From the NCBI GenBank assembly GCA_964270895.1, contig OZ185450.1: DNA of 64,000 bases; one strand, given 5' to 3'. This stretch comes from Podarcis filfolensis (Eukaryota). Positions 12,554-26,609 of this stretch are shown here, in pieces. Position numbers and translations under genes: made by a program. Each line of letters starts with the position of its first letter. The stretch's first letter is position 1. The notes under the pieces are model-generated. The model ran no database searches, was not told the origin of the DNA, and saw nothing but the letters and a program-made list of their open reading frames with translations.

Positions 12554-14751
12554 TCAATTGCAATCGTTTGGCAAACATGTCTGTGTGCGTGCAAGCAAAT
12601 ATACACACACATGCGAAAACACACAATTTATGTATTTGGCGTCAGGTCAAATCCTTTCCAACAAGTCAAGTTATCTTGGTCACATTTCTTCAGGAAATCC
12701 TAGATTTCCCAGCTGATTTCACATTTCTTTGGGGGGTTCTAGATTTCTAAGCTTTGGGGAAGCTTAGAATTTCTCAGATCCAAATCTTTCCTTTCTTGAG
12801 GAAACAGGAGAACTGGCATGGTGTGTGACGATAGGGAAGAATTAGGTTGCTCAAACATTCAAAACAAACACTGAAAAACCACACCAGGATTCCCCCACCA
12901 AGTATTTTGCCAGAAAACTCAGGCAAAAGGGTCTGATCAAGTGGGATCAGCCCAAGTTAGTCCAAGTTAGCTAGCACATCCAGGCAGCCTAATAATGTTC
13001 AAAGCATCCCTAGAAAGGCACCACAATACACCTGCCACATACACATACACAAGCACGTTTCACAGAGACTGCTGGGCTGGTTGTGAGCTTTGCCAGCCAG
13101 AGCAGAAGAATCCTGGAATCCAAAAAGGGTCTCATAAAATAGCGCTGCATACATTTCTGCGGTGGGCGCCAGCATCACTTGTGAAATGGCTACAAAGATT
13201 TAGTCTCCCGCTGAGGAATGTTAAACACACCAATCTCGGAGGATCAACAACAGTACATATTAGGGAGCTCGCTTAATTTGCAGCCGCCACAATCATTAAT
13301 TTTACAGACCACCCTCAGTTGCTGGAAACGCATAATAAGCCCATTGTACCTCTCTTAACGCATTAAGTGCAAGCCTGGGCACTTTGCAACGTGTCAGTCC
13401 AGCACCAGAGTTTATAAAAGAACAGCACTGGGTTATGTTGAGGAAAGAGAGGCAGGGTGTGCTGCGTTGTGTTAACTCTGCTCAGAGAGGGCTTCCTGCC
13501 TTGCCACCTCCATAATGCAAGGGGAAAAACTGAGGCTGCTTATCACTTGCCCTCACAGCACATGCATACTTTATAACTACATCACTTTCTCATTTGTGGT
13601 TTTTAGGCCAGGGTGGTTGTTTTCTCTTCTTCATTATTAGCACTGTTAAAATATTCATCTCACATTAGGTCTTTTTTTAAAAAGTTATTTAACACAGGGA
13701 GGATTTGAGAGCAATTATAAAATTTAAGTTCAGTGGCAGCTCGGGGAGGTAAAGGCCCAACAGGACTGTCCAATTAAGTAGTGCACAAATTGCTGCCACT
13801 ATTTCCTGCCCTCTGTGGGCTGGGCTGGGCTGGGCTGAAGGGTGGAAGCATTTGAAACAACCAGTGCTCCTGCTGTCTCGCATCAGCCAGAGGCTTCGCT
13901 TGGGCCTCGTGGGCTGGAGCTAGAGCCTGGAGTGTAGCAGGTCCGGCTTCCATGGGTGGCGAACTGGAAACACTGGTGCCCGAAGAGGCAGCGATGGGAG
14001 GAGTCTGTGCACTCCAAGCAGGAGAAGAGTTTTGACCTGGCGTTGAACCGACAAGGCCAAGTCAAGGCTTTCACTACAGCCGTCTGAGTAGAGGAGCACC
14101 CCTAAGGGGAGATGTAACCAGAAGGGTCAATGCTGACTCTTTGCCATGACCTCCACAGTGCTGTCGAGATTCAGCTGGCAGGCTGTGGTGGTGGGAGAAA
14201 TAAGGGGGGTGAACTAGGGGCTCCTGGGTTGGAGGGAGAGGGGAGTATCCTATCTGTACTGCAAATTTAGTCACTCTGGAAGAGGGAGCAAGGATGTCAG
14301 CTCTCCCCTCTGACCTTCCGATGGAGCTGGAAGCCTCGGTGGAGGCTGGAGAGGGCTTTGATGGACTAAGAGGGGAGGCTGAACAGAAGGTTTAGAGTGT
14401 GCACTAGCATTCAGACTATGAGTCTTGTGAACAAGCACATCCTGCCCCTTCTTTGAAAGCTTGGTGGGAGGGGCGGGAAAACCTGTTGGGGCATCTTCAT
14501 CACTTCTATGCCGTTACAAACTTCTTGCCCTGCTCCATAACTTCTGAGCACTGGGTCTGCTGCTGAGGCTGCCTGAATAAGTATCTCTTTCATATTTCCA
14601 AGCAAGAGCCTCTGTCTGCATGTGCTGGGTGGGAGTAGAGCACTCTGACAAGGACTTCATGTTGGACCCACTCAAACTGTATTTCTACATGTACACACAT
14701 CTTTAACTATAGGTACTGTCTGAAATAGAAAAAGCATATTTGGGAGTATAT

Positions 14752-14859
14752 TGCAGGATGCTCCTGCAGCCAATCGAAAGCCGCACCTTGCTTTCTGAAC
14801 ATTTCGGAAGTCGAATGGACTTCCGGAACGCATTCTGTTCGAAAACCAAGATATGACTG
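14752..14859. mobile_element. Truncated Tc1/mariner-type MITE (one end only), same family as 42613-42860 in the opposite orientation
   Basis: Matches the reverse complement of the first ~105 nt of 42613-42860 and ends ccaagatatgactg followed by TA. Confidence 0.75.
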
Positions 14860-14890
14860 TATTCTCTCAAAATTTTGCCCATCTCTTATA

Positions 14891-14936
14891 TTTCTTCTTC
14901 TTCCTCCTCCTCTTCTTCTTCTTATATTATTATTAT
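14891..14936. repeat. Compound (TTC/TCC)n-(TAT)n simple repeat
   Basis: Seen directly. Confidence 0.85.
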
Positions 14937-16502
14937 CAGTTTGCAGGAGCACATCCTTGGCAATGGGACCAGAATCCAACCTTCACACTTTCCCTTAGCC
15001 TCCAACTCAACCAGCTCCACTGAGATCAGCCAGTTTCTGCTTAACTGCGAACTTTGTTCTCAAGAGGTGAAGCCTGCTAACACCCCATCTCTTTAAGAGG
15101 CACCTGGCAGCTGTGCCATGAGACACTCTTCTCCATCACCCCCTGAACTTTGCCAACCCTCTACCTCAGGGTCCTCCTCTAGCAGATCCTACCAGTCCTA
15201 TCTGGCTTAAGTCACAGGGCCCATGACAATTTTTAGGGCCCCAAGACTTGCAAATTAACAAGGTTTTCCTGGACTAAAATCTGCCAGGCATTTTGTATTA
15301 ACTATTACTCACCCACCCCACCAACATCTACATTATAAAATGAATAATGACTAAACCTTTAGTCAATAAATTCCCAAATCCCTGGAAAACATTATATCGT
15401 AAATGAAAATGTTGGCACTCATAATTATTCATTAGGATATGTATATTTAATTTAGCTTTATTAAAGGTTAATGTCAAAGAAGCAAAACAGTTGCAGAATA
15501 AAGTATGAGCATAATGTTAAGCCTATCTCCTTGCATTAAACTCCAAAATTTGCTTAAGCCAAGATGAATGATTAAAATGTCAGCAGCTTTTGAATATTGT
15601 TTTGGGATATGCTAAAGAGGCCACACAGAACAGACTTCTCCACTTTAATTCATATGGCTTCTATTAAAGAAAACTAATTTAATAATCACTGCTATAAAAA
15701 CTCGGCCATGATTCTGCTACATGCCAGCCCAGCAACTGCTACGCTTCAAACCTAAAAATGTAACAAGCTTCAAAAGGTATGTATTTGGGAACTCAGAAAA
15801 ATTCCCAAGGAGGGCCATTTTTATTATTATTGTACAAACCTTGCAGTGGTATCTGTTAAGGAAAAATGATTTTAGAAAACAAAAATGATTTCACTAGAGC
15901 AAATAAAAATGAAAACCTACTAACAAACTACACTTTGGTTATTAACTTTCTTACAAGAAGAATGAGACACAACGTTTGAAAATAGCGATGAAGATAACTT
16001 AAACACCCCCCCACCATATTCCACTCAGTGCCAGAAATTTGCACTTAATATCTCTCAACTGGGAACAAAAATATTCCAGGTTCCTGGGGAGCAGAATATC
16101 CCAACCAGATGTGAGGGTGTAATCATGTAAAATTATTTGGGGGATTGAGAAGAGAAACAATTGCTCCCTGTGTTGATACCTGGGTTCGAATCTCTATTCA
16201 GAGATGTGAAAGTACTCTTTTTCTTTCTCCTCTAACATGGGAGGAACGTCAAGAAGTCTACCTCACAAGGCTGTTGGCAACTTTATAATTGCTGAACAAG
16301 ACCGTGAACACTGGAAATGTTACTAAGAAATGATTATGTTCAATAGAACATGGTTGAGTGTAAATCTGCAGCTGCATCACTGGGACAATAATCATCACAC
16401 ACGTTGAAAGATTTTGCCTTTAACAGTAAACAGGAAGACCCTGGTTAGCGGTGAGAATTTCTGTGCCTGAATGCTCAGGTTCATCAAATAAAGTTTTAGA
16501 GC

Positions 16503-16877
16503 AGTAAAAGGTACAGGACCCTTGGATGGTTAAGTCCAGTCAAAGGCGACTATGAGGTTGCAGTGCTCATCTTGCTTTCAGGCCACGGGAGCCAGCGTTT
16601 GCCCACAGACAGCTTTCCGGGTCATGTGGCCGGCATGACTAGACCGTGTGCAATGGAACACCATGACGGAAACCAGAGCGTATAGAAACGCCGTTTACCT
16701 TCCTGCCACAGCGGTACCTATTTATCTACTTGCACTGGCGTGCTTTCAAACTGCTAGGTTGGCAGGAGCAGGGACAAAGAAACGGGAGCTCACTCAGTTG
16801 CGGGGATTTGAACTGCCGACCTTCCGATCGGCAAACCCAAGAGGCTCAGTGGTTTAGACCACAGCGCCACCTGTTCC
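16503..16877 (-). mobile_element. Sauria SINE (Squam1/POM type), near full length
   Basis: Contains agctttccgggtcatgtggcc, cggtacctatttatctacttgcactg and ggtttagaccacagcgccacc; it is the reverse counterpart of 43578-43945. Confidence 0.92.
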
Positions 16878-17509
16878 TAAACTCAGTAGCAAAGTAGACA
16901 GGTGAGCCCTGGAAACATGCCACCATCTCTGTATTTGAAGTGCTGCCTGGTCCAAGTCCAGTTTAAACCTAAGGAATCATCAGAAGGGGAACTGGCAAGG
17001 TTGCCCATTAACACTTATCACCTGGGCAGCAGACAGAGTAGGCACTCAGGCCACCTGGTCCCAGTCTTCCCAAAGACAGTGATATCCATTTTATTTTGAT
17101 TCACATCATTTGCATATTTGTAGATATAAATCTGTACATAAAAATCTGCAAGCACAAATTTGTTCTCTTTCTGGGTGCTGCACATGTAGTTGCCCCACTA
17201 CTGTGAGTGCGGATGACCTGGTCTTCTCCAATTCACTGGGAAGAGTCCCCAAAGAATCAACACTGCCCAGAAAGCAGAATTCCATTCCTAAGCCCTACGT
17301 GAGTGGGTAACAGGGATGCAGCATTAACTGGGCAATCTGCCAGTACAAGGAGTTCTGGGAGCTGCTCTGCTACTGTTTTCACTCCATTTTTGAAAATTAT
17401 GTTCTATGATGTTCTTCCTGTTTCCAGAGGGGTAGAATCCCGTAGAACCTTAAAGACTGACTAAGAAACTAGTTATGGCATAAGCTTTCGCAGACATGAA
17501 TATAATAAA

Positions 17510-17527
17510 ATTATTATTATTAATTAC

Positions 17528-17567
<40 letters not shown>

Positions 17568-17764
17568 TATATCCCGCCCATCTGGCTGGGTTTCCCCAGC
17601 CACCCTGGGCGGCTTCCAACAAAATACTGAAAATACAACAAAACATCAAACATTAAAAACTTCCCTAAACAGATCTACCTTCAGGTATCTTCTAAAGGTC
17701 AGATAGTTGTTTATTTCCTTGACTTCTGATGGGAGGGTGTTCTACCGAGAAGGCCCTCTGCCTG
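17510..17764 (-). mobile_element. L2-type LINE 3' end with a long (TAT)n tail
   Basis: (tat)n is followed by atcccgcccatctggctgggtttccccagcc...aaaaacttccctaaacag...accgagaaggccctctgcctg. Confidence 0.8.
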
Positions 17765-20700
17765 AAGCATAACCAACAGTTGTAGATATATGCAGACATG
17801 GGGTTCGGGATGGAATTAAAAGTTATGAAGTCAGAAGGGAAGGGAATGCATCATGGACAGACTGTGACAATTCAATGAGGGCTGGACTGTATGCAAACAA
17901 GTGACCCTTTACAACAAGCACCGAGAGGCAATAGAAAACCACAAGGTCCATGTTTTGTAACTTTTTCTTGTTGAACCATTAGGTTTACGCTATAAATGGT
18001 TCTAGCCACTACCTTCCACACATTCCCACACCTGTGGTTTACTTATTTTGGTTTTATTTTATGTCTGTATTTGTTTGGCAGTGATCTATAATTGTATATG
18101 GTCTATGTATATTGTCATCAGATCCCATTTGATAACAATATATTTTGCAGAATCCCTTTTTGGGGGGAATTAATAACAGTTATTAAAACAAACAACTTGT
18201 CAATGCTAAGCTAACTAACACAGGCAGTAGGAAGAGAAAGTCACCATCTCACGCCAGACCCACATTAACAGAACCGAACTTCTCAATGGACTGCAACTCA
18301 TTCTTTCTGCAGCTGTTTTTAAATCACTTTACTGACGGCTTTTATTGTTTGTTCTTTTTGTGTATTACTTTTTTATTGTATTTTATTATTCTTGTAAGCT
18401 GCCCCAAACAATACATGAGGAAGCACAGGCTTCAATTAAAAAAAAAATGTATAAAATAAACATGCATGTATTTTTCTTTGCCCTTTAAGACTAGGATATG
18501 CCACTAACATTAACCTGGAAAATCCTGTTTTATTCTGAACTCAAGCCTTGTTCCCAAGAAAGAGAGAGGGTAGTGGACTAATAGAAAGGCAGATGCATTT
18601 TAGAAAAATGCTCTCCGCCCATGGGACACACCCTTTATTCTCCAAAGTAACTGTTTACAAAGGGAACATTGAGGCTGACCCTGTCCTTCTCCTCCTCCCT
18701 TCAGCATTAGGTGAAGGGCTCAATGCACCCCTTGTGAGCCTTGCTTCCACAATGACATCATGTGCCCACGTGGATTACTTTGCGCTGGGGCACTCTAGGC
18801 TAATGTAATCATATGATTACATAATTAACCCAGCTGTCTCATTAAAAAAATCAACTGGAATTCAGGGCATAATTAGTCATACAGCAATTAGCATGCTGAT
18901 GAGCAAAAATGATGAAAATCCCTCTAGATGGGGAGTGTGTGGGGACCACCCATGCCATTTCCAAAAAGAAAGTAAAACCCCACACGGCTGAACAGGACTG
19001 GGAGCAAAAGAAAGACCAGATCTGGATCCAGACCTCCAGTGCGGGTTTTGTAGATTGCCAACCGTGCTTAAAAAGGAAGGGTGAGGGTGCACACACAACA
19101 AAATGCCGTATAATCACCAGCAGAGAAAGGTAGAGGAACGCAAGGGGTGGGTGTCATGAGCCAGAAAGGCTCTGTGTCATCCTAGCAGGGTTGGATCGAG
19201 AAGGCAGAAAAAAACTGACTGACAAAGAGGTTGGTGGAGGTCAGTTTTTAGAGAGGTGTGGCAAGGGTCAGAGAAGCTTAATATGAAGAAGGCTGGTGAG
19301 CTGCACATAGAGATATAAAGCTGGGGAGGGAGGAGAGAGAGCGCAGAGAAAAATGTGGGTCTCTTTTGGCAATGGTGGAGAACTGGGGGCATTTCCTCTC
19401 CACAGGCCAGCAGAACATCCTCAAACACCTGCCCAGCCATGGACCTCTCTCCCCGTGCAGGGGTGGATGGGCTTGACAGTGGTGTTCTTCCGCTGCAGAG
19501 TGAAAAATTACTTGCTCTCCCCAAAGTTTTTAGATCTTGTTTAATTTCATTTTTACTTTTTAAAGTCTCTACTCCTTCTGTGTTTTACACTGATTTTTAT
19601 TAATTTAATGGGTGGTTTTTAACAGTATTCTTGGTTTTTCCTTTCTTTTCAAGATTCCTGCTCTTTTGTTTGAATGCAAACTGCAATGAAGCCACTTTAT
19701 TTTTTACAGAAAGCAAGTATACAGGCACACACAAAATAAAGTCAAGACCCACAGCTGGCCTCAACCCAGCTGCCTGTTCACCTGTCCTCTCTGAGTGGGT
19801 GAAAACTCCTGCTTACTGTACCCTCTTCCTCTTGGAGGTGGTGCAGATTTGAGGAAGGGCAAGTGAATGAGCATTCACCCAGAGTCCTTTGAAATCTGAG
19901 TAGGTATGCGGCTAATTACAAGACTGCTCTAGTCTGCCTTTCAGAGCTCTGAACAACATGGGAGCTTTCCTGCACAGAGCGTACATCTGATTTTGGAACA
20001 ATGCCTGTATGCACACAGAGCATAGCATCCATGGTCCTCTCCTGGAAGACCGCTGTGCCACCTTTGGCAAAGGCAGGGTTTCTCTACATGGAGGTTTTGC
20101 AGTGGCAGAAAGGCATTCTGGAAAACATGAACTCCAAACCACATCAGGAGTTAGAAAGGGCTCCCTGGACTCCACCAAAGGGACTGCCTCCTCTTTTGCT
20201 GAAGGAGAGAGCAACACGGTGGAAACGCAGGAGCAGAATTTGTTCAACAGGATCAGGAGGCACATCTAAGCCTCTCTTTGAAGAGATTTTGCATTAAAGC
20301 ATAGCTAATCTGTTTTCTCTCTCTTTTTTTTTTTTTAAAAGACATGACGTGTAAAATGTTCATCTGCACTAAAACATAGGTATCTGAACCAGAGCTTTGC
20401 AGCTGCTAGCAACCCCATAATCAGCAGTGTAATATCTGCACAGAACTGAAGCATGCCCTCTATGGACACAACTTCAATGCAACGAGACTGGCTATCTTTA
20501 TTTATCCTGTTAAATTCCCATTTGCCACGCAGTAACTCATTCGTCTCCTGGTGGTGGAAGGGGATTGCGACAATGGGGTGGGGGTGGGGGGTGGGATGGG
20601 GGAAGAGAACCAGAATACTAAAACAAAAGGACTTCATTACAGGCCGGTAACACTGACAACAGCCAGACAGCCAGTTATGAAACACGAGCAGAACCACAGA

Positions 20701-23151
20701 GGCAATTAATTTTTTATACAGCTGGTAATGCGCTTCCGAAGGTTTGGCTCTAAAAATAATTCATTCCTGACGCTTCAACTCCTTTTCGGAGCGGCTGTAT
20801 CTGCTCTTCCAAAACCAGGTCTCCACGCAAAAGCGCTCGGTGATGGGTTTTCTTTCGAGAAAACGCCCACAGAGAACAACAGTTCGGTCTGGTGGGGGGG
20901 TGGAGGAGAGAGAGGAGGAGATAGAAAAGAGAGCGTCCTCCGGCAAGTCCTTTGAAAATGCACTGTTTGGTTTTAAAGGCCACTGCACACCATCAGCAGT
21001 GCCACAAAGCAAAAGGGAGTTCTTAAGTGTCCCTTTATTTTGCCCCCAGGACGTTCTGAGCAATGTTCACAGCACAGAGAGGCCTCAAGAACACACTCGC
21101 CACCCTCCCTCTCTCTCGTTTATGCCAGAGCAGAGCAATGCCTCAACTGGTGTGGATCAAAGCAGCACCTTTTTCTCAAGGCCAGTGCAGAGCAGAGGGC
21201 AAAATGCTAGCCTTGGACCCGAAGACACCCAGCTGCCTTCAGAGAAGTTACGATTCCTTGGCTTCACCCAACCTTGCAGGATTCATTGGGAGGACAGAAT
21301 GAGAAGAACAATGAAGCAACTTGCACGCCAAAAGGAAGCAAGAACAAATTGTCATAGCAAGTCCTTGCATATCCATCCACAAATGAAATTGCATCTCAAG
21401 ACCAAATAAGAATAATTACACTGTGGCTTCTGAATATTCAAACGCCTTCCGGTATAATTAATTCATTAATTATTCCCCAGAAAAATTAATAAACCCACAT
21501 CACCTAGGGCTTTCTCGCAAGGAAGCTGTAACCTGCCTCCTGACGCAGCCAGCCCGGTGACAGAAGAGTGATGGCCCGAAGGCCCAAGCTCCCCCAGGAC
21601 TTCTTAGGAAGCGCAATAGAGAGCATGCTTTCAAACACTGGCTACACCAGGCTCTCCTCTAAATCAACCCAAGCTTCCTTTAATATGCTGATTTTTATTG
21701 TAAAATGAGACTCACCCTAGAGACTAAATGTTTGCAAAATAGTCCGTCCTCTCTCTTGCTAACAGGGAGGGGTGTTCTGGGCTGGGATCATGGTGCATGA
21801 AGACAGGGGTTCAGTATTTTTATCCTTGCACCATTTTCCCAGTTAAAAAAACCCCAAGCTACCCCCATTATTTGTTTATTTCCCCAGAGGCACCCCCCCG
21901 GCAAAGACATTATGAAAATCTGTATTCCCATACATACACCACAATTTATAACAGTATATTATCTACAAAACTTGTTTTTTTATTACATGATCCACAAGTT
22001 AGCATTCTTACAGATCTGGAGTAACAGAGTTTGGGCTGCAAGGGCAGCCAGAACTGCTAGAGTTAGTGAATGTTATAAATGAATCCAAACGAAGATTTTT
22101 TTTCTGGAAATAATGACAAGCCAAGAGCTGCTGTCTAAAAAGCAAGTGTTTTCAAGGGGGGGGGGGTGCGGCTACTCTTTAAACCAGTAAGTCACTCATC
22201 CAGGGTATTGGTAGGTACTTTAAACAACCGAGGGCACAAATCTGCAAAGATAAAAATGCACATGCTAATTTATATGCATACATTCCTTTGGGCTAATTTG
22301 AGACAGTGGGTGGCTGGGGTCTCCCCTGCCACTGTTCTTTGCTTACAGGCGGCTGAGCACTCTGCAGTTTTTGTTTTTTAATTTAAATATTCTTTAAAAA
22401 CATTGGGGGGAGGGGATGTGGTAAGAGATCCGGAGCCCTGCACACAAGTCCCAGGGTTCAGCACTTCAGGACCATCCCCTACCAGCATTCCAGCCATTTA
22501 GCTAGAAACATGGTTTTAGATTAACAGCTTACTGGAGCTGTCTTTAGAGCCTTGGGATGTGGGGGTGATGATACAAATACTGGTTCTGTATACGATCCAA
22601 GTACCACAACATTGTTATATGTGGAAATTCAGAAAAGCAAAGTCCCTCAGAAACAGACACACTGCAAAAATTATGGGAACGGGTTGAAATGATTCAACCG
22701 GCATCTTTGTTGAAGGATACCATAAATTTCAGAAAAGAACTGGCCCTGCACGATACAATAGATATAGGAAAGAAGTTAGGTTTTTAAAGGAACAGAGGTA
22801 GACTATATATTACTACCCAGCATCATCACGTTAGATGTTAAGCTTTCTTGTCCGATAGTAATAATAATAATGTCACACAAAGCAAAACTCCTAGGGCTTG
22901 CTCTACAAAAGGAAGTTCCGTGTGCACAAAGTAACCTTTAACACCAAACAAAGAATTACAGGCTCAATCCATTAAGAACTCCTGCCACCTTTTTCAATAA
23001 GAATATGGAAGGTAAAGATTCACACAAAAGTCCTGTACATTTTCATCAGTGTAAATAAGGGCTCAAAGTTAAATTACTGAACCATCTAGGCCAGATTAGA
23101 CAAGAGCTTCTACCTTGACCTGACCCCTACATGGTGTCCGTGCACGAGTGC

Positions 23152-23322
23152 AGCCATAGCTCAGTGGCAAACCACATGTTTTGCATGCGATAAATTTTAG
23201 GTATAATCCCCCAAATACGGTAGGGTTACTTTCTGAAACCCTGGAGAGTTGCTGCCAGTCAGAATAGACAATACTGGGCCAGATGAGTCTGATTTGACAT
23301 GAGACGGACTTCCATGTTCTAA
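23152..23322 (+). mobile_element. tRNA-Ala-like headed SINE with L2-like tail
   Basis: catagctcagtggcaaaccacatgttttgcatgc...ctgaaaccctggagagttgctgccagtcagaatagacaatactggg. Confidence 0.7.
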
Positions 23323-25029
23323 CATTCTTAAAGGTGCACATGTGTACAATTCAATCTGTGCAGGCCCAGATTCACTGCAAAGTCTGGGGTTAGGCTCATT
23401 ACATATAATTCTTTGGTTTATGATCGTGTACATCGGATGTGTTTTCTCTGTTAACCCAGTTTGTCAAGAGTGCAATCAGTTTTCACGTAGGGCATATTCT
23501 AGCTGCAGCTGTTTCCTGAGCCTTATTATGGGATAGAGGAGCTGACCTTGCTCTACCAGTCAGTCTAGAAAGCGAGTTTGTCTCCTCCTGCTGGTGAGGA
23601 GGCAAAAGACTGGCAGGAAGCTGACTAATCCAACCAGAGGAAGGTACTGCCCCATATATTTTAGGAATGCCCTTCAGCACCATCTAGCAAATGCCCCTAA
23701 CCACTGGTTCCCTCGTTAAGGAATTCTCCCAGCATTCAAATCAAAGCTTTGAAACCATGGAGTGTAGATTTCTGAATACCAAGAACCAGCTCATTTACAT
23801 TGCTACGCTACTAATTTTAGCTATAGATATAAGCAGAATTTACAAGAATAAACAGAGTGGCCTAAAAAGCCTTTTATATACTATGGGTATGATAATGAAA
23901 AGAGAAAAAGAAAAGAAACAGGAGAGCCTGGAAATCAGAATGCTAGGAATAAAAGCCAAACACACACAGAGAGAGGAAAAATCTTGCTTTATAATTATAG
24001 ACAACCATGTAATAGAATCAGTCCTCATTACTCACAATACATTTCCCAATCATATCAATTTTTGAGCTTGGAGAGCAAGCTCAGAGGAAGCACATGGCTG
24101 ATAGTTGCAGCATACATTTGGTGTGCATCCTTTCCAACAAAGTTTCCAGTCTGCCTTATATTTGCCCAGGCTTTTCCTGACCCATAAAATTGGACCGTAT
24201 TTTATGTGTTTGAATATACTTTATTCCTCTTTTATATGCTTTTCTGTTTGTTTTTTTATATTGCTGTCCCATTTGTTTTAGGTTGTGTTTTTATTTTAAT
24301 CACATATCATTTGGGTGTGTGTGTTTTTTTAAGACAGTACACAACTTAGAAGTTTTTGAAATATTTTGCTGTATATAAATGCTTTTAAAAATAAATAAAA
24401 CAAATAAGAGGCAACATGACCAAGCAAGCGGACCATCCACATCGAACATAGCTTTCAGAAACAGCCTGGTCTTGAAACAACGGAATGTGAGCAAACGCTC
24501 CAGTGGCAGTAGAGCTAGTGATCTGGTTGAGGTCCTGGTCTCACCATGGGATGGCAAGATGAAGACACGTTCCTAAGGGTCCTCTCCAATGCTGCAGGGT
24601 CCATAGTGCCCTTTAGTTTACCAAGGAGTTGTAGATCATGAAGGGGAAGCACTTTGGCACTGGCATTGCATCTTCAATGAGCCATTGGGGGGGCGGGGGG
24701 TATTCCAGGTGGTTCAGAAGCTAATCATACCCGAAGTGGGCCTTGGCGCACCGGGTAACATGCTGTGCACTGTTTGCATGGCACTTGGATGATAAAGTCA
24801 CTCAGCTCTGTAGCGCCTTGGATACAGCAGTATCTAGTTGCTGTGTCTAACGCAGCACCTCCCATACCAGACCCAGAATTTTGAGATGTGATGGACTGCC
24901 TGCCTGCTCCCATGTACACAATGGCCTAGACAATTGCCAAGTGTGTGATATTTGGCAACACGTGAGTACTCAGTACCTGCAACCCAACTGTGGAATGTAT
25001 TCCCATCACAGATTCTACTGCCACCAAAC

Positions 25030-25245
25030 CTGATGTGTTTTTAGAACCATTTAAGAACCCATTTATTCACCCAGGTCTTTGGCTGAACTGGCTGTGGAGC
25101 TGGGCGGTCTCCCCTTTCTGACTTGTCAAACAGCTTTATGCAACGATGAATCTGTTAGTTTTATGTAACTGGCTTTATTGTGTATTTATTTTTTATATTG
25201 TAACCCGCCCTGGGGTTATTTTGTAATCAAGAGTGGGCTATAAAT
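25030..25245 (+). mobile_element. L2-type LINE 3' end
   Basis: tttaagaacccatttattcacccaggtcttt resembles the LKTHLF..AF ORF end. A T-rich UTR ends tgtaacccgccctgggg...gagtgggctataaat. Confidence 0.55.
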
Positions 25246-25254
25246 TCTCTGAAT

Positions 25255-25433
25255 CAGGTTATCTTCAACCTTTTCACACCAAGGACCCACTTTTAACCAA
25301 AACATGCCATTGGGGACCCATTTCTTATTTTTTTTACGGATTTATTTGTATGGTTATAGGGCTCTTGTTGCAACCCACCTTGGATCAAGGTGCAACCCAC
25401 TAGGGGGTCCTCATCCAGCAGCTGAAGACAAGT
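25255..25433. mobile_element. Degenerate hAT-type MITE
   Basis: Left end caggttatcttcaaccttt and right end gctgaagacaagtg, with an imperfect 8-bp TSD (ctctgaat / ctctaaac). Confidence 0.5.
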
Positions 25434-25618
25434 GCTCTAAACAAATAAACAGTTAATCCCAGATCGTTCCCTGAAATGCTAGCCAGTAAACCTCACTTAC
25501 AATTTCTTCCCATTAGAAAGTATTGCAGCGTATTGATTGGTGAAATACTTCTCAAATACACAGCCAACTGACAGGCAAAGGAGAAAATGCCCGCCAGGAC
25601 ATGAAACTCCAGACATCA

Positions 25619-25798
<180 letters not shown>

Positions 25799-26499
25799 TT
25801 ACACAAGCAAGGGTAAATTTATGACTTCATAAACATTTCTGGGGATGCCAGTTCATGTCTCCTTTAAAGCTAGAAGGTCAGAGCTCCACATGAGAACAGC
25901 AGGATTGGAAAAACATTTCCAGTTCCTTAGTGTGGGCATCAGATTTTTATTTTTTACTACCAGCCTTTTACAGCCAGATCTGGTTCCTGCAAAGAGGAGG
26001 GTGGAGAGAGGAGGCAGCAAGAGGAGGCAGCAAGGAATAGGCATTCCTAGTATCTCAGACTGTCCAGCAAGCCTGATTCATAGACACCCTGCAGAGTGGC
26101 CTGTGGCTGCTGTGACTTGCTTGGCTGCTCCTCCTACAGTTCCTCCTCCTTGGCCAGAGCAATGCACAGACCTCTCAAACATTGTGCCACCAGTCCTAGA
26201 CCCACTGGGGACTAAAGTCCTGACATTTGCAGGCTGAATGCACTTCTTAGATTTAGAGGTGCAGGCAAACCGTCGTTATTGTGGCTATTCCTTTTTTTGG
26301 GCATATTTTTTATTCATTTTCAAGAATAATATCTAGGTACAGAATAAAAAATATCTTCAGTAGTACATATGTTATTTTTAAGCCAGCAACAGTTATGGCA
26401 GAGGTTGAGGAATGCCATGCATCAAGTAACAATAGAACAAATAACTATTCTGCGTGCACACACATCCGTTGCTATAGCTATCCTATGTGCGAATTTTGT

Positions 26500-26552
26500 T
26501 GTTGCTAATGAATCTCCCCTCTGGCATAAACTACTAGGTAGTCTTAAGCAAG

Positions 26553-26609
<57 letters not shown>

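Noticed and set aside
19912-20297. Four overlapping ORFs on both strands
   Set aside because: No recognisable domain or splice context; ORFs of 70-120 aa are expected by chance in six frames.
20840-21409. Longest ORF in the track (189 aa)
   Set aside because: No recognisable protein motif, antisense to CUX1, and partly low-complexity.
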